A stretch of 64,000 nt of DNA, from positions 1 to 64,000 of the IMG/VR virus record IMGVR_UViG_3300045996_000607. One strand, given 5' to 3'. Numbering within the stretch: the first letter of the stretch is position 1; each line of letters opens with the position of its first letter. This document shows, one piece after another, positions 47,194 to 55,762 of the stretch. This stretch comes from a virus. The notes beneath the pieces are model-generated. The model was not told the DNA's origin and did no database searches. It was given only the letters and a program-made list of their open reading frames with translations. A program made the translations under genes and the position numbers.

Positions 47194-48150
47194 ATGGCTG
47201 TTCCCACGAACACGTTCCTGACGTTCTCCGCCGTCGGCAATCGCGAAGATCTGCTCGACAAGATCACCAACATCTCGCCGGTCGACGTGCCGTTCACCAC
47301 CATGGCGGACAGCGCGACGACCAATGGCGTGCTGCACGAGTGGCAGACCGACGCACTCGCTGCCGCCGCCGGTAACGCCCAGCTTCAGGGCGACGACGTG
47401 ACGTTCGCGGCGGCAACCCCGACCGCGCGTGTCAGCAACCGCACGCAGATTGCCCGCAAGGAAGTCATCGTGTCGGGCACGCAGGAAGCCGTCGACAAGG
47501 CGGGTCGCAACAGCGAAATCGTCTACCAGATGAGCAAGAAGCGTGACGAGCTGAAGCGCGACAAGGAGTTCATCCTCCTGTCGAACCAGGCGCCCGTCAC
47601 CGGCAACTCGTCCACCGCGCCGCAGCTTCGCCCGCTGTGCGGCTGGATCACGACCAACGACTATCGCGGCGCCGGCGGTGCGGACGGCACCTCGTCGGCC
47701 GCAGCAACGGACGGCACCCAGCGGGCACTCACGCTCGCCATGGTGACGACCGCCCAGCAGGCGGCATGGACGCAGGGCGGCAAGCCCACGTTCCTGCTTT
47801 GCGGCCCGGTGCAGCGCGGCAATCTGACCACCGTCATGGGCGGCGCGGCGACCAAGTTCTACGCCGTGGAAGACAAGAAGATGACGGCGACGATTCAGGC
47901 GTTCGAAGGCGACTTTGGGCTGGTCAAGATCGTCACCGATCGCTTTGTCCGCGGCGGCCAGACCGGCGCCGATCGTGAGATCTTCCTGCTTGACCCCGAT
48001 ATGTGGGCAGTCGCCTACCTGAAGGGCCGCAAGATGGTCACGCTGGACCTCGCCAAGACCGGCGATTCCGAGAAGGGCGCGGTTCTCACCGAGTTCACGC
48101 TCGAGAGCCGTCAGGAAGCTGCTTCGGCGGCGGTGTTCGACCTCACCTGA
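47194..48150 (+). CDS. Major capsid protein B (DUF5309 / SU10-like)
   Basis: GNREDL.D.I.NISP.D.PF, HEWQTD.L, N.TQI, L.KTGDSEK....E.TLE. Confidence 0.88.
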   Translation: MAVPTNTFLTFSAVGNREDLLDKITNISPVDVPFTTMADSATTNGVLHEWQTDALAAAAGNAQLQGDDVTFAAATPTARVSNRTQIARKEVIVSGTQEAVDKAGRNSEIVYQMSKKRDELKRDKEFILLSNQAPVTGNSSTAPQLRPLCGWITTNDYRGAGGADGTSSAAATDGTQRALTLAMVTTAQQAAWTQGGKPTFLLCGPVQRGNLTTVMGGAATKFYAVEDKKMTATIQAFEGDFGLVKIVTDRFVRGGQTGADREIFLLDPDMWAVAYLKGRKMVTLDLAKTGDSEKGAVLTEFTLESRQEAASAAVFDLT

Positions 48151-48172
48151 TAGGCCGCACTTCAACGACAAC

Positions 48173-48206
48173 GGGGCGGGGGAGCAATTCTCCGCCCCCT
48201 TTCTTT
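48173..48206 (+). terminator. Terminator after capsid B
   Basis: ggggcggggga-gcaa-ttctccgcccc followed by ctttcttt. Confidence 0.75.
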
Positions 48207-48217
48207 GGGAGACGCCG

Positions 48218-48556
48218 ATGCGCCGGATGATCGGACAGCATTGGGAAAACGACGTGCGCGTCACGTGGTGGGGCGATCCCGTCACGCACGAAGTCACGAT
48301 CGAGCGCTGGCAGGACAATGAGCTTGCCCTCCGCAAGGTCGCCGACATCAATTCCGAAGGTGCGCCAAGTGTCGACGGGCTGGGTCACGCCGTGATCGAG
48401 CTGCCCGTCACCGTCGCTCAGGAATATTGCGCCAAGCGCGGCATTCCTTGGGAAAAGTTCATGTACGGCAACCAGTACGATGCGGAGTACAAGCGGCTTG
48501 CTTCGGAATACAGCCGGCTGACCTATTCCAATCACCGCGCCGTGAAGGCGTCCTGA
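48218..48556 (+). CDS. Small post-capsid protein (phage B)
   Basis: Coupled to the adaptor gene. Confidence 0.65.
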   Translation: MRRMIGQHWENDVRVTWWGDPVTHEVTIERWQDNELALRKVADINSEGAPSVDGLGHAVIELPVTVAQEYCAKRGIPWEKFMYGNQYDAEYKRLASEYSRLTYSNHRAVKAS

Positions 48557-49134
48557 TGGCTTATGCGGACCTCCTCGAAGACGTTGAGGACACCCTTGAC
48601 CGCGACGATGTAGCCACTCGCCTGCCCCGCTGGCTCAAGCTCGTGGAATCGCGCCTCAACCGCCTGCTCGATGATCCTGATATGGAGGTCTCGACCACGC
48701 TGACGGGCGACGGGGCGAGCCTCCCCGCCGATTTCGGCGCGATGGTCTCGATCGGCACGGCGGACGGCAATCGGATTCTGCCGATGGGTTCTTCCGAATA
48801 TGCGGCGATCCTGCCAGCCTCGGGCATCTCGCGCTATTACACGATCCGCGAGGGCAAGGTCTATTACACGCCGGGATCGGCAAATGTGACGCTGGTTTAT
48901 CGTCGGTCGATCCCGCCGCTGACGGAAGCCGATGACAGCAACTGGCTGCTCGAGCGCGCGCCGGATCTCTATCTTTACGGTGTCCTTTTGCAGGCGGAAG
49001 CATGGGACGCGAACAACGAGCAGGCCGTTGGCTGGAAGTCTCTGTTCGATGAGGCGATTGACGAGCTTCGCGGGGATGGTGCCCGTCGCAAATGGGGAGT
49101 GGGGCCGATCTCGCCCCGCCTGCGTCGCGCATGA
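48556..49134 (+). CDS. Head-tail adaptor (phage B)
   Basis: LDRDD...NWLLERAPDLYLYG; homolog of 1179..1832. Confidence 0.78.
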   Translation: MAYADLLEDVEDTLDRDDVATRLPRWLKLVESRLNRLLDDPDMEVSTTLTGDGASLPADFGAMVSIGTADGNRILPMGSSEYAAILPASGISRYYTIREGKVYYTPGSANVTLVYRRSIPPLTEADDSNWLLERAPDLYLYGVLLQAEAWDANNEQAVGWKSLFDEAIDELRGDGARRKWGVGPISPRLRRA

Positions 49135-50555
49135 AGCTGGCCTACGGGGATTTCCTGCCGGACCTCCCTGACCACGCCTCCCCGGGGATTTCCGAGGCGA
49201 TCAACGTCTATCCGAGCTCGGCGGGCTATCGTCCGGTTGGGGACTTCCTTGCGCATACCGACGCCCTGCCCGGCACCTGCCGCGGCGCCGCGGCGTTCGT
49301 AGCGCCAAGCGGGCGTGTCGTGTTCCTGGCAGGCACAGAGACGAAGCTCTACCGGCAGGACGGTGTTGAGTGGGTCGAGATCGGCACAGGCTACGCGACC
49401 CCGGAGGGCGGGCGCTGGCGCTTCGTCCAGTTCGGCGAACTGGCGGTTGTCAGCAATGCCTTTGATGTCCCGATCAAGGTCAATCTGGAGACCGACGCCG
49501 TCGCAGTCCTTGGCGGAACCCCGCCCAAGATGCAGGCGATGGCGGTGGTGTCGAACTTCCTCGTGGGCACGCAGATCAACGGACTGGTCAACGAGGTGGC
49601 GTGGTCCGGTGAGAACGATGCCGAGTGGTGGACCTTCGCTACTCGCAAGTCGGACTACAACGATTTCCCAGATGGCGGAGAGATTACCGGCATTCTGGGT
49701 GGAGAGGTTGGGCTGATCCTTCAGCGCAACGCCGTTCGCCGGATGGCCTATATCGGCGGCAACGTCCTGTTCCGCTTCGACAAGATCAGCAGCAACGTCG
49801 GCTGCGCAACCATCCATTCGGTCGCGCAGCATGGCGAACTTGGCTTCTGGTACTCAGATACGGGCTTCAAGATGTGGGACGGCTCGCAAATCCGCTCCAT
49901 CGGTTTCGAGCGGGTCGATACGGCTTTCAACCAGCTGTACGGCATCGTGGACTTCAACGCGATGTCGACGGCCGTGGATGGGCAGCGCAGTACGGTCGTC
50001 TGGTCCACCGGGCAGCGGATGTGGATCTACAACTGGCTGCTCGACAAGTGGTCAGTGGTCGATTTCGCCGCGGAAATCGTGACATCGCGGCTTACTCGCG
50101 CGCCCTCGCTGGACGAGCAGGACCCGGCAGTAGGCGAGGATGACGACAACGTCGATTTTGTGGGCCTAGACCCCTTTGATGCAGCGCGCTTCGGTGCCGG
50201 CGATCCGCGGTTCTATGTGTTCGAGAGCGGCCTGCTCGGCACGTTTGCCGGGGATAACATGGCGGCCAAACTTACAGGACGATCGATAGAGTTGATCGCG
50301 GGCCGTAGCGCCCGCATCCGGCGTGTCCGCCCGATGACCGATGCAGTGGGCGGGATTACGCTCCGTATCGACACGCGGCAGAGGCTGGGGGACGCGCCGC
50401 GACGTGCGGACTTCACCACCCTGCAGGCGAGCGGAGAGATGCCGGTTCGTGCTCGCGGTCGATTTGCAAAGACCCGGATTACGATCGCAGCCGGCGAGGT
50501 GTGGACATACGTCCAAGGCATCGACGCGACGGTTGAAGCGGCCGGAAGCCGATGA
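49131..50555 (+). CDS. Tail nozzle / stabilization protein (phage B)
   Basis: Homolog of 1825..3216 (WRF.QFG, GGE.TG..GGE.G..LQR.A..RM.Y.GG). Confidence 0.75.
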   Translation: MKLAYGDFLPDLPDHASPGISEAINVYPSSAGYRPVGDFLAHTDALPGTCRGAAAFVAPSGRVVFLAGTETKLYRQDGVEWVEIGTGYATPEGGRWRFVQFGELAVVSNAFDVPIKVNLETDAVAVLGGTPPKMQAMAVVSNFLVGTQINGLVNEVAWSGENDAEWWTFATRKSDYNDFPDGGEITGILGGEVGLILQRNAVRRMAYIGGNVLFRFDKISSNVGCATIHSVAQHGELGFWYSDTGFKMWDGSQIRSIGFERVDTAFNQLYGIVDFNAMSTAVDGQRSTVVWSTGQRMWIYNWLLDKWSVVDFAAEIVTSRLTRAPSLDEQDPAVGEDDDNVDFVGLDPFDAARFGAGDPRFYVFESGLLGTFAGDNMAAKLTGRSIELIAGRSARIRRVRPMTDAVGGITLRIDTRQRLGDAPRRADFTTLQASGEMPVRARGRFAKTRITIAAGEVWTYVQGIDATVEAAGSR

Positions 50556-51013
50556 GCGAGGTTTTCGCCTACATCTGCACCCGGCAGACGGCGGACCCCT
50601 ATGTTCCGGGTATGTCGCGCGATCTAGCGACGCTTTCACGCGACGTGTCGGACGGGTTTCAGGCGCTGGTCGGTGGCTATCTGAGGATCGGGCAAATCAG
50701 CTTCTTCCCGATCCAGAAGGCCATCCCTTTCCATCTGCTCTGTGACGGACACGAGGAGCCGCAAGAGCGATTCCCGGAGCTATATGCCTATCTCGGGAGC
50801 AGTCAGGGCACGCCGGCTGACCCGCTCAACTTTGTCCTGCCGAACTACATCGGCACCCTCGCCCCGGCCGCCACTGCTGATCCGGAAGTTATCGCAGGCG
50901 GGACTGTCACGTCCACTACCCCGTCGCCTGGAACCGGCAATTCGGGCGGCTCGATCAATCCTCCGGTGGATAGCGGCGGACGCGTGCCTCGGTTGCGGGC
51001 ACTGGAAGAATGA
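50552..51013 (+). CDS. Tail-collar-domain protein
   Basis: IGQI.FF......HLLCDG......FPELYAYLG......F.LPN. Confidence 0.7.
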   Translation: MSEVFAYICTRQTADPYVPGMSRDLATLSRDVSDGFQALVGGYLRIGQISFFPIQKAIPFHLLCDGHEEPQERFPELYAYLGSSQGTPADPLNFVLPNYIGTLAPAATADPEVIAGGTVTSTTPSPGTGNSGGSINPPVDSGGRVPRLRALEE

Positions 51014-51402
51014 CCTTCGGCTACGTGGCACCTCCTTACGGTGCCTTGTGGCCCTCGATAGTGGCGTTGCTGGGCAAAGCCGTGGAGCGAGGTGGTAACG
51101 ACTGGACCGAGATCGAGGCGACCCTCGAGAATGGCCGTTCGCAGCTCTGGCTCACGGTTGAGGACAAGCCCGTCGCTGCGATGGTGACGCGGATCGACGG
51201 TGACACGCTGGAGGTCTGGCTTGCCGGCGGTGCTGTTCTCGCAGGCTCAGTGCCATTCCTTGAGACGGCGATCGAGGCTTCGAAAGCGGCAGGAACGACG
51301 AACGGCAGGATCATCGGCCGCAAAGGCTGGGCCCGCGTGTTGCGCGGCTATGGCTGGCGGACAGACGGCGAGCATTTGGTGAAGGATTGGGCGGATGGGT
51401 AA
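51010..51402 (+). CDS. GNAT-like virion assembly protein (phage B)
   Basis: GRKGWARVL. Confidence 0.6.
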   Translation: MTFGYVAPPYGALWPSIVALLGKAVERGGNDWTEIEATLENGRSQLWLTVEDKPVAAMVTRIDGDTLEVWLAGGAVLAGSVPFLETAIEASKAAGTTNGRIIGRKGWARVLRGYGWRTDGEHLVKDWADG

Positions 51403-52048
51403 AACCAAGACGGTTCAGAAGAATGATCCATGGGCGCCGGCACAGCCGTACATTCTCAAGAACCTGCAGCAGCAGGACGATGTTTTCACGTCCTCGCAGC
51501 CGGATCTGATGAACTATGCGAACCAGCAGCGCGATACCTACGGGCGGGTCGCGCCGGGTGCCGAGAAGGGCATCACGGGCGCGCAGGATCTCGTGAACCG
51601 CAACCTGTCGGGCGCCAATATGCAGGGCAACCCGTACCTTGACGCCATCCTGACCAAAACCCGCGAGAATGTGGCCGGCTCCGTGAATGACCAGTTCGGC
51701 CCGGCTGGGCGGTATGGATCGGGCCAGCACGCCGCCATTCTCGCCCGCGAGCTGGCATCGGCCGAAAATCAGGCTCGGTATCAGGATTACGGCGTTGAGC
51801 GCGGCTATCAGCAGGACGCCATCGGACAGGCGCAGAGCCTCATGGGCGGCTCGCAATCGCTGCTCAACAATGCCGCGGAATTGCCGTGGATCGGCGTGCA
51901 GGCGGCGAACGGCGCGGTTCGGCAGGCGTCGGGCGGGTACGGAACCAGCACCACGACGCAGAGTGGAGGCATCGGGCAGATGCTCGCAGGCATCGCGGGT
52001 GCCGGCTTGTCCGGATGGGCAGGCGGCGGCTTTAAGGGGATCAAGTAA
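51395..52048 (+). CDS. Ejection/pilot protein (phage B), no S74 domain
   Basis: DPWAPAQPY, NPYL, GRYGSG, ELASAEN; homolog of 3769..4638. Confidence 0.7.
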   Translation: MGKTKTVQKNDPWAPAQPYILKNLQQQDDVFTSSQPDLMNYANQQRDTYGRVAPGAEKGITGAQDLVNRNLSGANMQGNPYLDAILTKTRENVAGSVNDQFGPAGRYGSGQHAAILARELASAENQARYQDYGVERGYQQDAIGQAQSLMGGSQSLLNNAAELPWIGVQAANGAVRQASGGYGTSTTTQSGGIGQMLAGIAGAGLSGWAGGGFKGIK

Positions 52049-52620
52049 TGGCAGTTGGCCTCACTCCTGGGCGTCTCGGCCTCGGGTTGCAAAACCTGCT
52101 TGCGGTCGACCAGCAACCAACCCCGCCGGCGCAGTCGAAGCCTTCCTTCTTCCAGGAGGGGGGTATGGGCCGACATCTCGCCGGAGCCATTGGAGACGCG
52201 CTCCTCAATTATGGCGGAATGCAGCCGGTCTACGCGCCAATGCAACAGCAGCAACGTCAGCAGGCGCAGGAAGAAGCGCAGTGGTCGCGCCGGCAGCAGG
52301 CGGAGGACGATCAGTGGGTGCGGCGCGAGCAGTTCAAGCTGGCGAACCCCGACCCTTCGCCGATGATGCGCGATGTGCAGGCGTGGCAGGCGATGGGCCC
52401 CGATCAACGCGCCGCATATGAGCAGATCCGCAAGGCGCAGATGGGAGACCCCGACGTCACTGTCTCGCTGCCGAACGGCCAGTTCTATGCCGGCCCCCGT
52501 TCGGGCCTGAGCGCGGCGCTGACGGGCGGCATGGCGCCGTCCGAAACGCCCACCGCACCTGTCGGCAAGCTCCGTCCGATCGGAGGTGCGACGCCCCGTG
52601 CGTCGGGCAACTTTCGCTAG
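52048..52620 (+). CDS. Ejection protein (phage B)
   Basis: Gln/Pro-rich positional homolog of 4635..5600 lacking the SLT domain. Confidence 0.65.
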   Translation: MAVGLTPGRLGLGLQNLLAVDQQPTPPAQSKPSFFQEGGMGRHLAGAIGDALLNYGGMQPVYAPMQQQQRQQAQEEAQWSRRQQAEDDQWVRREQFKLANPDPSPMMRDVQAWQAMGPDQRAAYEQIRKAQMGDPDVTVSLPNGQFYAGPRSGLSAALTGGMAPSETPTAPVGKLRPIGGATPRASGNFR

Positions 52621-52627
52621 CCCTCCC

Positions 52628-52891
52628 ATGCGCCTGAAAAGCGGTGTGATGACGAGCGGTCGCCGGACGCCGGAAGGAAATCGTCTTGTCGGTGGCGTGC
52701 CGGGCTCTTGGCACCCTGACGGCAATGCGATCGACTATGACGGGCCGAACCTTCCCGCCCTCCTTCAGGAGGTGCAGGCGACGTTCCCCGGCGCCAAGGC
52801 TTTCATCCACAAGAACCACGTCCACACGCAAGATCGGCGCATCCGCGCGCCCTACTTCGGTCAGCGCGGCACCACCGGATTGAAGAGGTAA
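52628..52891 (+). CDS. Peptidase M15-like (LAS family) peptidoglycan hydrolase domain
   Basis: TSG.R....N..VGG...S.H..G.A.D...HVH; weak RBS; +1 frame to the upstream gene. Confidence 0.7.
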   Translation: MRLKSGVMTSGRRTPEGNRLVGGVPGSWHPDGNAIDYDGPNLPALLQEVQATFPGAKAFIHKNHVHTQDRRIRAPYFGQRGTTGLKR

Positions 52892-52894
52892 AGA

Positions 52895-55627
52895 ATGGCT
52901 CAGCAGCAAGCGCAGGACGATGCCGGCAACATCTGGGAAGTCGACGCGCAGGGAAACCCGGTGCGCCTTGTCCGGCCTGCGCCTTCGATGCAGCGTGGCC
53001 GGGTTTTCAGTCTCGCCCCCTCTCCGAAAGAGCAGAGGCAGGAATCGCGTCAGGACGTTCAGGACAGCCGCGCTGCCGCAGCCGATGCGCGGGCAGCCGC
53101 TGCGGCTGAACGCGAAGCGCGCGAATGGGCCGCCACCCACAACCCGGACGGCTCCCCCAAACCAACCGCGAACAGCAACGGCAGCGCTGAACTGACGGCG
53201 GCAACTCGAGCGAACGCTATCAATGCGTTCACGGCAACTCGCCAGCTCGATAACCTTATCTCGGACATCGAGGACCGCTATCGGCGCGGTCCGGGTTCTA
53301 CGAGGGGACTTAAAGGCGCACTTGACTGGCTCCCCACTCCGGGCAACCGCGCCTTTGACGCTGCGGGCAATGCGGTCCGAGGCGCGGCCATCACAGCATT
53401 GGGCTTCACTTCAGGGCAGACCAACTCGCCCAAGGAAGTCGAGATGAATATCGGGCCCTATATCCCGGCGGCGGGAGATTACGATGAGGTGATCACGGAC
53501 AAGATCGCGCGGCTTAAGGAGCTTCGTGATCGTGCCCGGGTGCAGGCCGTTACGGTGCTGGGGGGCGTTCCTTCCGCTGATGGTCGAATCAACCCGCTCT
53601 CCCAGATCCCGCGAGAGGAACGTGATCGCCTGTTCCCGCCCGGCACGATGCAGCCGACTGGTTTTGACGGCGGTACGCCATCTGGCCCGCCGCCTGCGAG
53701 CCCTTCGGCTGGCGGCCCTACGCTCGGCGGCGATGGCCCTACGCTCGGCGGCCCGGGCAGGCGCCTTGCTCCCGACGAAATGCTGCAGTTCAACGGCGAT
53801 GGCGCCCCCGTCACCGGCAAGCGCCTTGCTCCCGATCAGGAGGCGCAAATTGTCAGTGCCATCCGCAGTGGCGACGAGGGGCAGGCATTGGCCCTGCTCG
53901 GCCGCTTTAGCGGAGCTGCGCCGGGTGAAGGTGAGGTGGCATCCATTCGCGCGGCAATTTCGCAGGTTCGCAAGGACCCACGGACGCCGATCGGTCTGAA
54001 CTACGGCAAGGTCGACGCCTTCGCGCAAACGCAGGCCGATCGCGAACGGTTCGGCAATGCACTTGCTCCGGCGATGGAGGAGCGCTCAACGGCTGGCGGG
54101 CTCGACGTGTCTGCCCGCGCCGGCATCAATGGCCTTACCGCCGGGCTAGCGGACTATGCGGCGGCCGCAGGTGGCATGCTGGGAGGTGGTAGCTACACCG
54201 AAAACCTGCAGCGTCAAAAGGCGCTCTCGGAAGCCGACGCGCGACTGAACCCCGGCAACACGATGATCAGCAACATCGTGGGAGGAGCAGCGGGCGCAGC
54301 TTTGACCGAAGGGGCCGCGTCGGCCCTGCTTCCGGCGCGAGCGGCTGCATGGGCGCCGCGGGTGGGCGACGCGTTCTATGGCACCGTCGCAGGGGCCACA
54401 GGAACGGCTCCGGGCAATGAGGCAACCGGGGCTGCGACAGGCGGGCTCGGCGGCGTTCTGGGCGGCATTCTCGGGCGTAACGTCGTCCGAGGGGCTGGCA
54501 ACGTCGCCCGCGGTGCGCGTGACGCCAGCGCCGATATGCTGCGCGATCGCGGTGTGCCCCTCACGGTCGGGCAACTCGTCGGGCAAGGAGGTCGTGTCGG
54601 GCAGGCGGTGAAGGGCGTCGAGGACCGCCTGACCGGCGTTCCGATCCTCGGGGACATGATCAATGCTCGCCGTCGGGAAGGGCTGGAGGAGTTCAACCGC
54701 GCGGCCTTCACGGAAGGTTTGGGTCCAATCGGTGCGGTCGGGCCACGGGACATCGCCGAGCAAGGCATCGAGCAGGGTCAGCAATCGGTATCGGACGCGT
54801 ACTCGAGCGCGCTGAACGGGGTGAACGTCGCCCCTGACGCGCAGTTCTCAACGGATTTCGGTGCGGCCCGGAGCGCGGGGCAGGCCATCCCTCGTATGGG
54901 GGAAGATTTCGACTATGTCGTGCGTGATCGCATCGACCCGTTCTTGCAGCAGGGGTCTTTCAACGGCCCGGCCATTCAGGACGCTCTCCAGGGTCTACGG
55001 GCGGCGAGGTTCAGCAATGACTCCATGGGCGATGCGGCAAAGGGGGCCACTGGGCAGGTAGAGGATGCCCTGACGGGCCTTGTCTCCCGGCAGGCGCCAG
55101 ATGTTATGCCGCAACTGGACGCCGCCAATGGCGCCTATCGCAACCTGTCGGTGCTCGCTGATGCAGTCGGGAGAGGCGCGAACGCTGGCGGCGTGTTCAC
55201 CCCGGCGCAACTCGGCATGGCCGCTCGATCCAACGCGACGAAATACACCGGCAAAATGAACGCAGCCACGACGCGGCGCCCATTTTTCGATCTGCAGCGT
55301 GCCGGGCAGGACGTGTTGCCGTCTGCGGTCCCTGACAGCGGGACAGCGGGTCGCCTTGCCACACTGGCCCTTCCGGGGATGCTCGGTGGTGCCGGGGCTG
55401 GCGCCGGCTATCTTACGGGAGACGCGGGCGGCGGCACTACAGCCGGCCTAGCACTTGGTTCGCTGCTGGCGGCTGGTGGCACCCGGAACGGTCAGCGCTT
55501 GCTAGCCGCCATTCTAGCGGATCGTCCAGACGCCCTTGTTGCCATCGGGGAACAGCTCAACCGTCGTGCCGGCATAGGCGGCGCTATCGGGGCGCCGCTG
55601 CTCGCCGGCGCTGGCGCCGGCCAATAG
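52895..55627 (+). CDS. Large internal virion (DNA ejection) protein, phage B
   Basis: 910 aa; shares REAREWAATHNPDGSPKP...LFPPGT block with 5600..8581. Confidence 0.75.
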   Translation: MAQQQAQDDAGNIWEVDAQGNPVRLVRPAPSMQRGRVFSLAPSPKEQRQESRQDVQDSRAAAADARAAAAAEREAREWAATHNPDGSPKPTANSNGSAELTAATRANAINAFTATRQLDNLISDIEDRYRRGPGSTRGLKGALDWLPTPGNRAFDAAGNAVRGAAITALGFTSGQTNSPKEVEMNIGPYIPAAGDYDEVITDKIARLKELRDRARVQAVTVLGGVPSADGRINPLSQIPREERDRLFPPGTMQPTGFDGGTPSGPPPASPSAGGPTLGGDGPTLGGPGRRLAPDEMLQFNGDGAPVTGKRLAPDQEAQIVSAIRSGDEGQALALLGRFSGAAPGEGEVASIRAAISQVRKDPRTPIGLNYGKVDAFAQTQADRERFGNALAPAMEERSTAGGLDVSARAGINGLTAGLADYAAAAGGMLGGGSYTENLQRQKALSEADARLNPGNTMISNIVGGAAGAALTEGAASALLPARAAAWAPRVGDAFYGTVAGATGTAPGNEATGAATGGLGGVLGGILGRNVVRGAGNVARGARDASADMLRDRGVPLTVGQLVGQGGRVGQAVKGVEDRLTGVPILGDMINARRREGLEEFNRAAFTEGLGPIGAVGPRDIAEQGIEQGQQSVSDAYSSALNGVNVAPDAQFSTDFGAARSAGQAIPRMGEDFDYVVRDRIDPFLQQGSFNGPAIQDALQGLRAARFSNDSMGDAAKGATGQVEDALTGLVSRQAPDVMPQLDAANGAYRNLSVLADAVGRGANAGGVFTPAQLGMAARSNATKYTGKMNAATTRRPFFDLQRAGQDVLPSAVPDSGTAGRLATLALPGMLGGAGAGAGYLTGDAGGGTTAGLALGSLLAAGGTRNGQRLLAAILADRPDALVAIGEQLNRRAGIGGAIGAPLLAGAGAGQ

Positions 55628-55708
55628 CTTACGTTCCGAGCGGCGATGCCACAATTCGAGGACTAGCCCCTTCAGCGCGCAAGCGACGGCTATTTCGATG
55701 AACGTCAT
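55514..55708 (-). CDS. Small antisense protein with its own promoter (moron)
   Basis: MTFIEIAVACALKG; TTGCGA-17-TATGGT upstream on minus strand. Confidence 0.6.
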   Translation of the reverse strand: MTFIEIAVACALKGLVLELWHRRSERKLLAGASAGEQRRPDSAAYAGTTVELFPDGNKGVWTIR

Positions 55709-55762
55709 ATAGCCCGCGACCATACGCCCTTCCCCAGACTTTCGCAAATTGGAGCCACGCTA

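Noticed and set aside
53710-53835. Short tandem repeats (GPTLGG twice; RLAPD twice)
   Set aside because: In-frame duplications in a flexible linker of the ejection protein; no sign of a separate element
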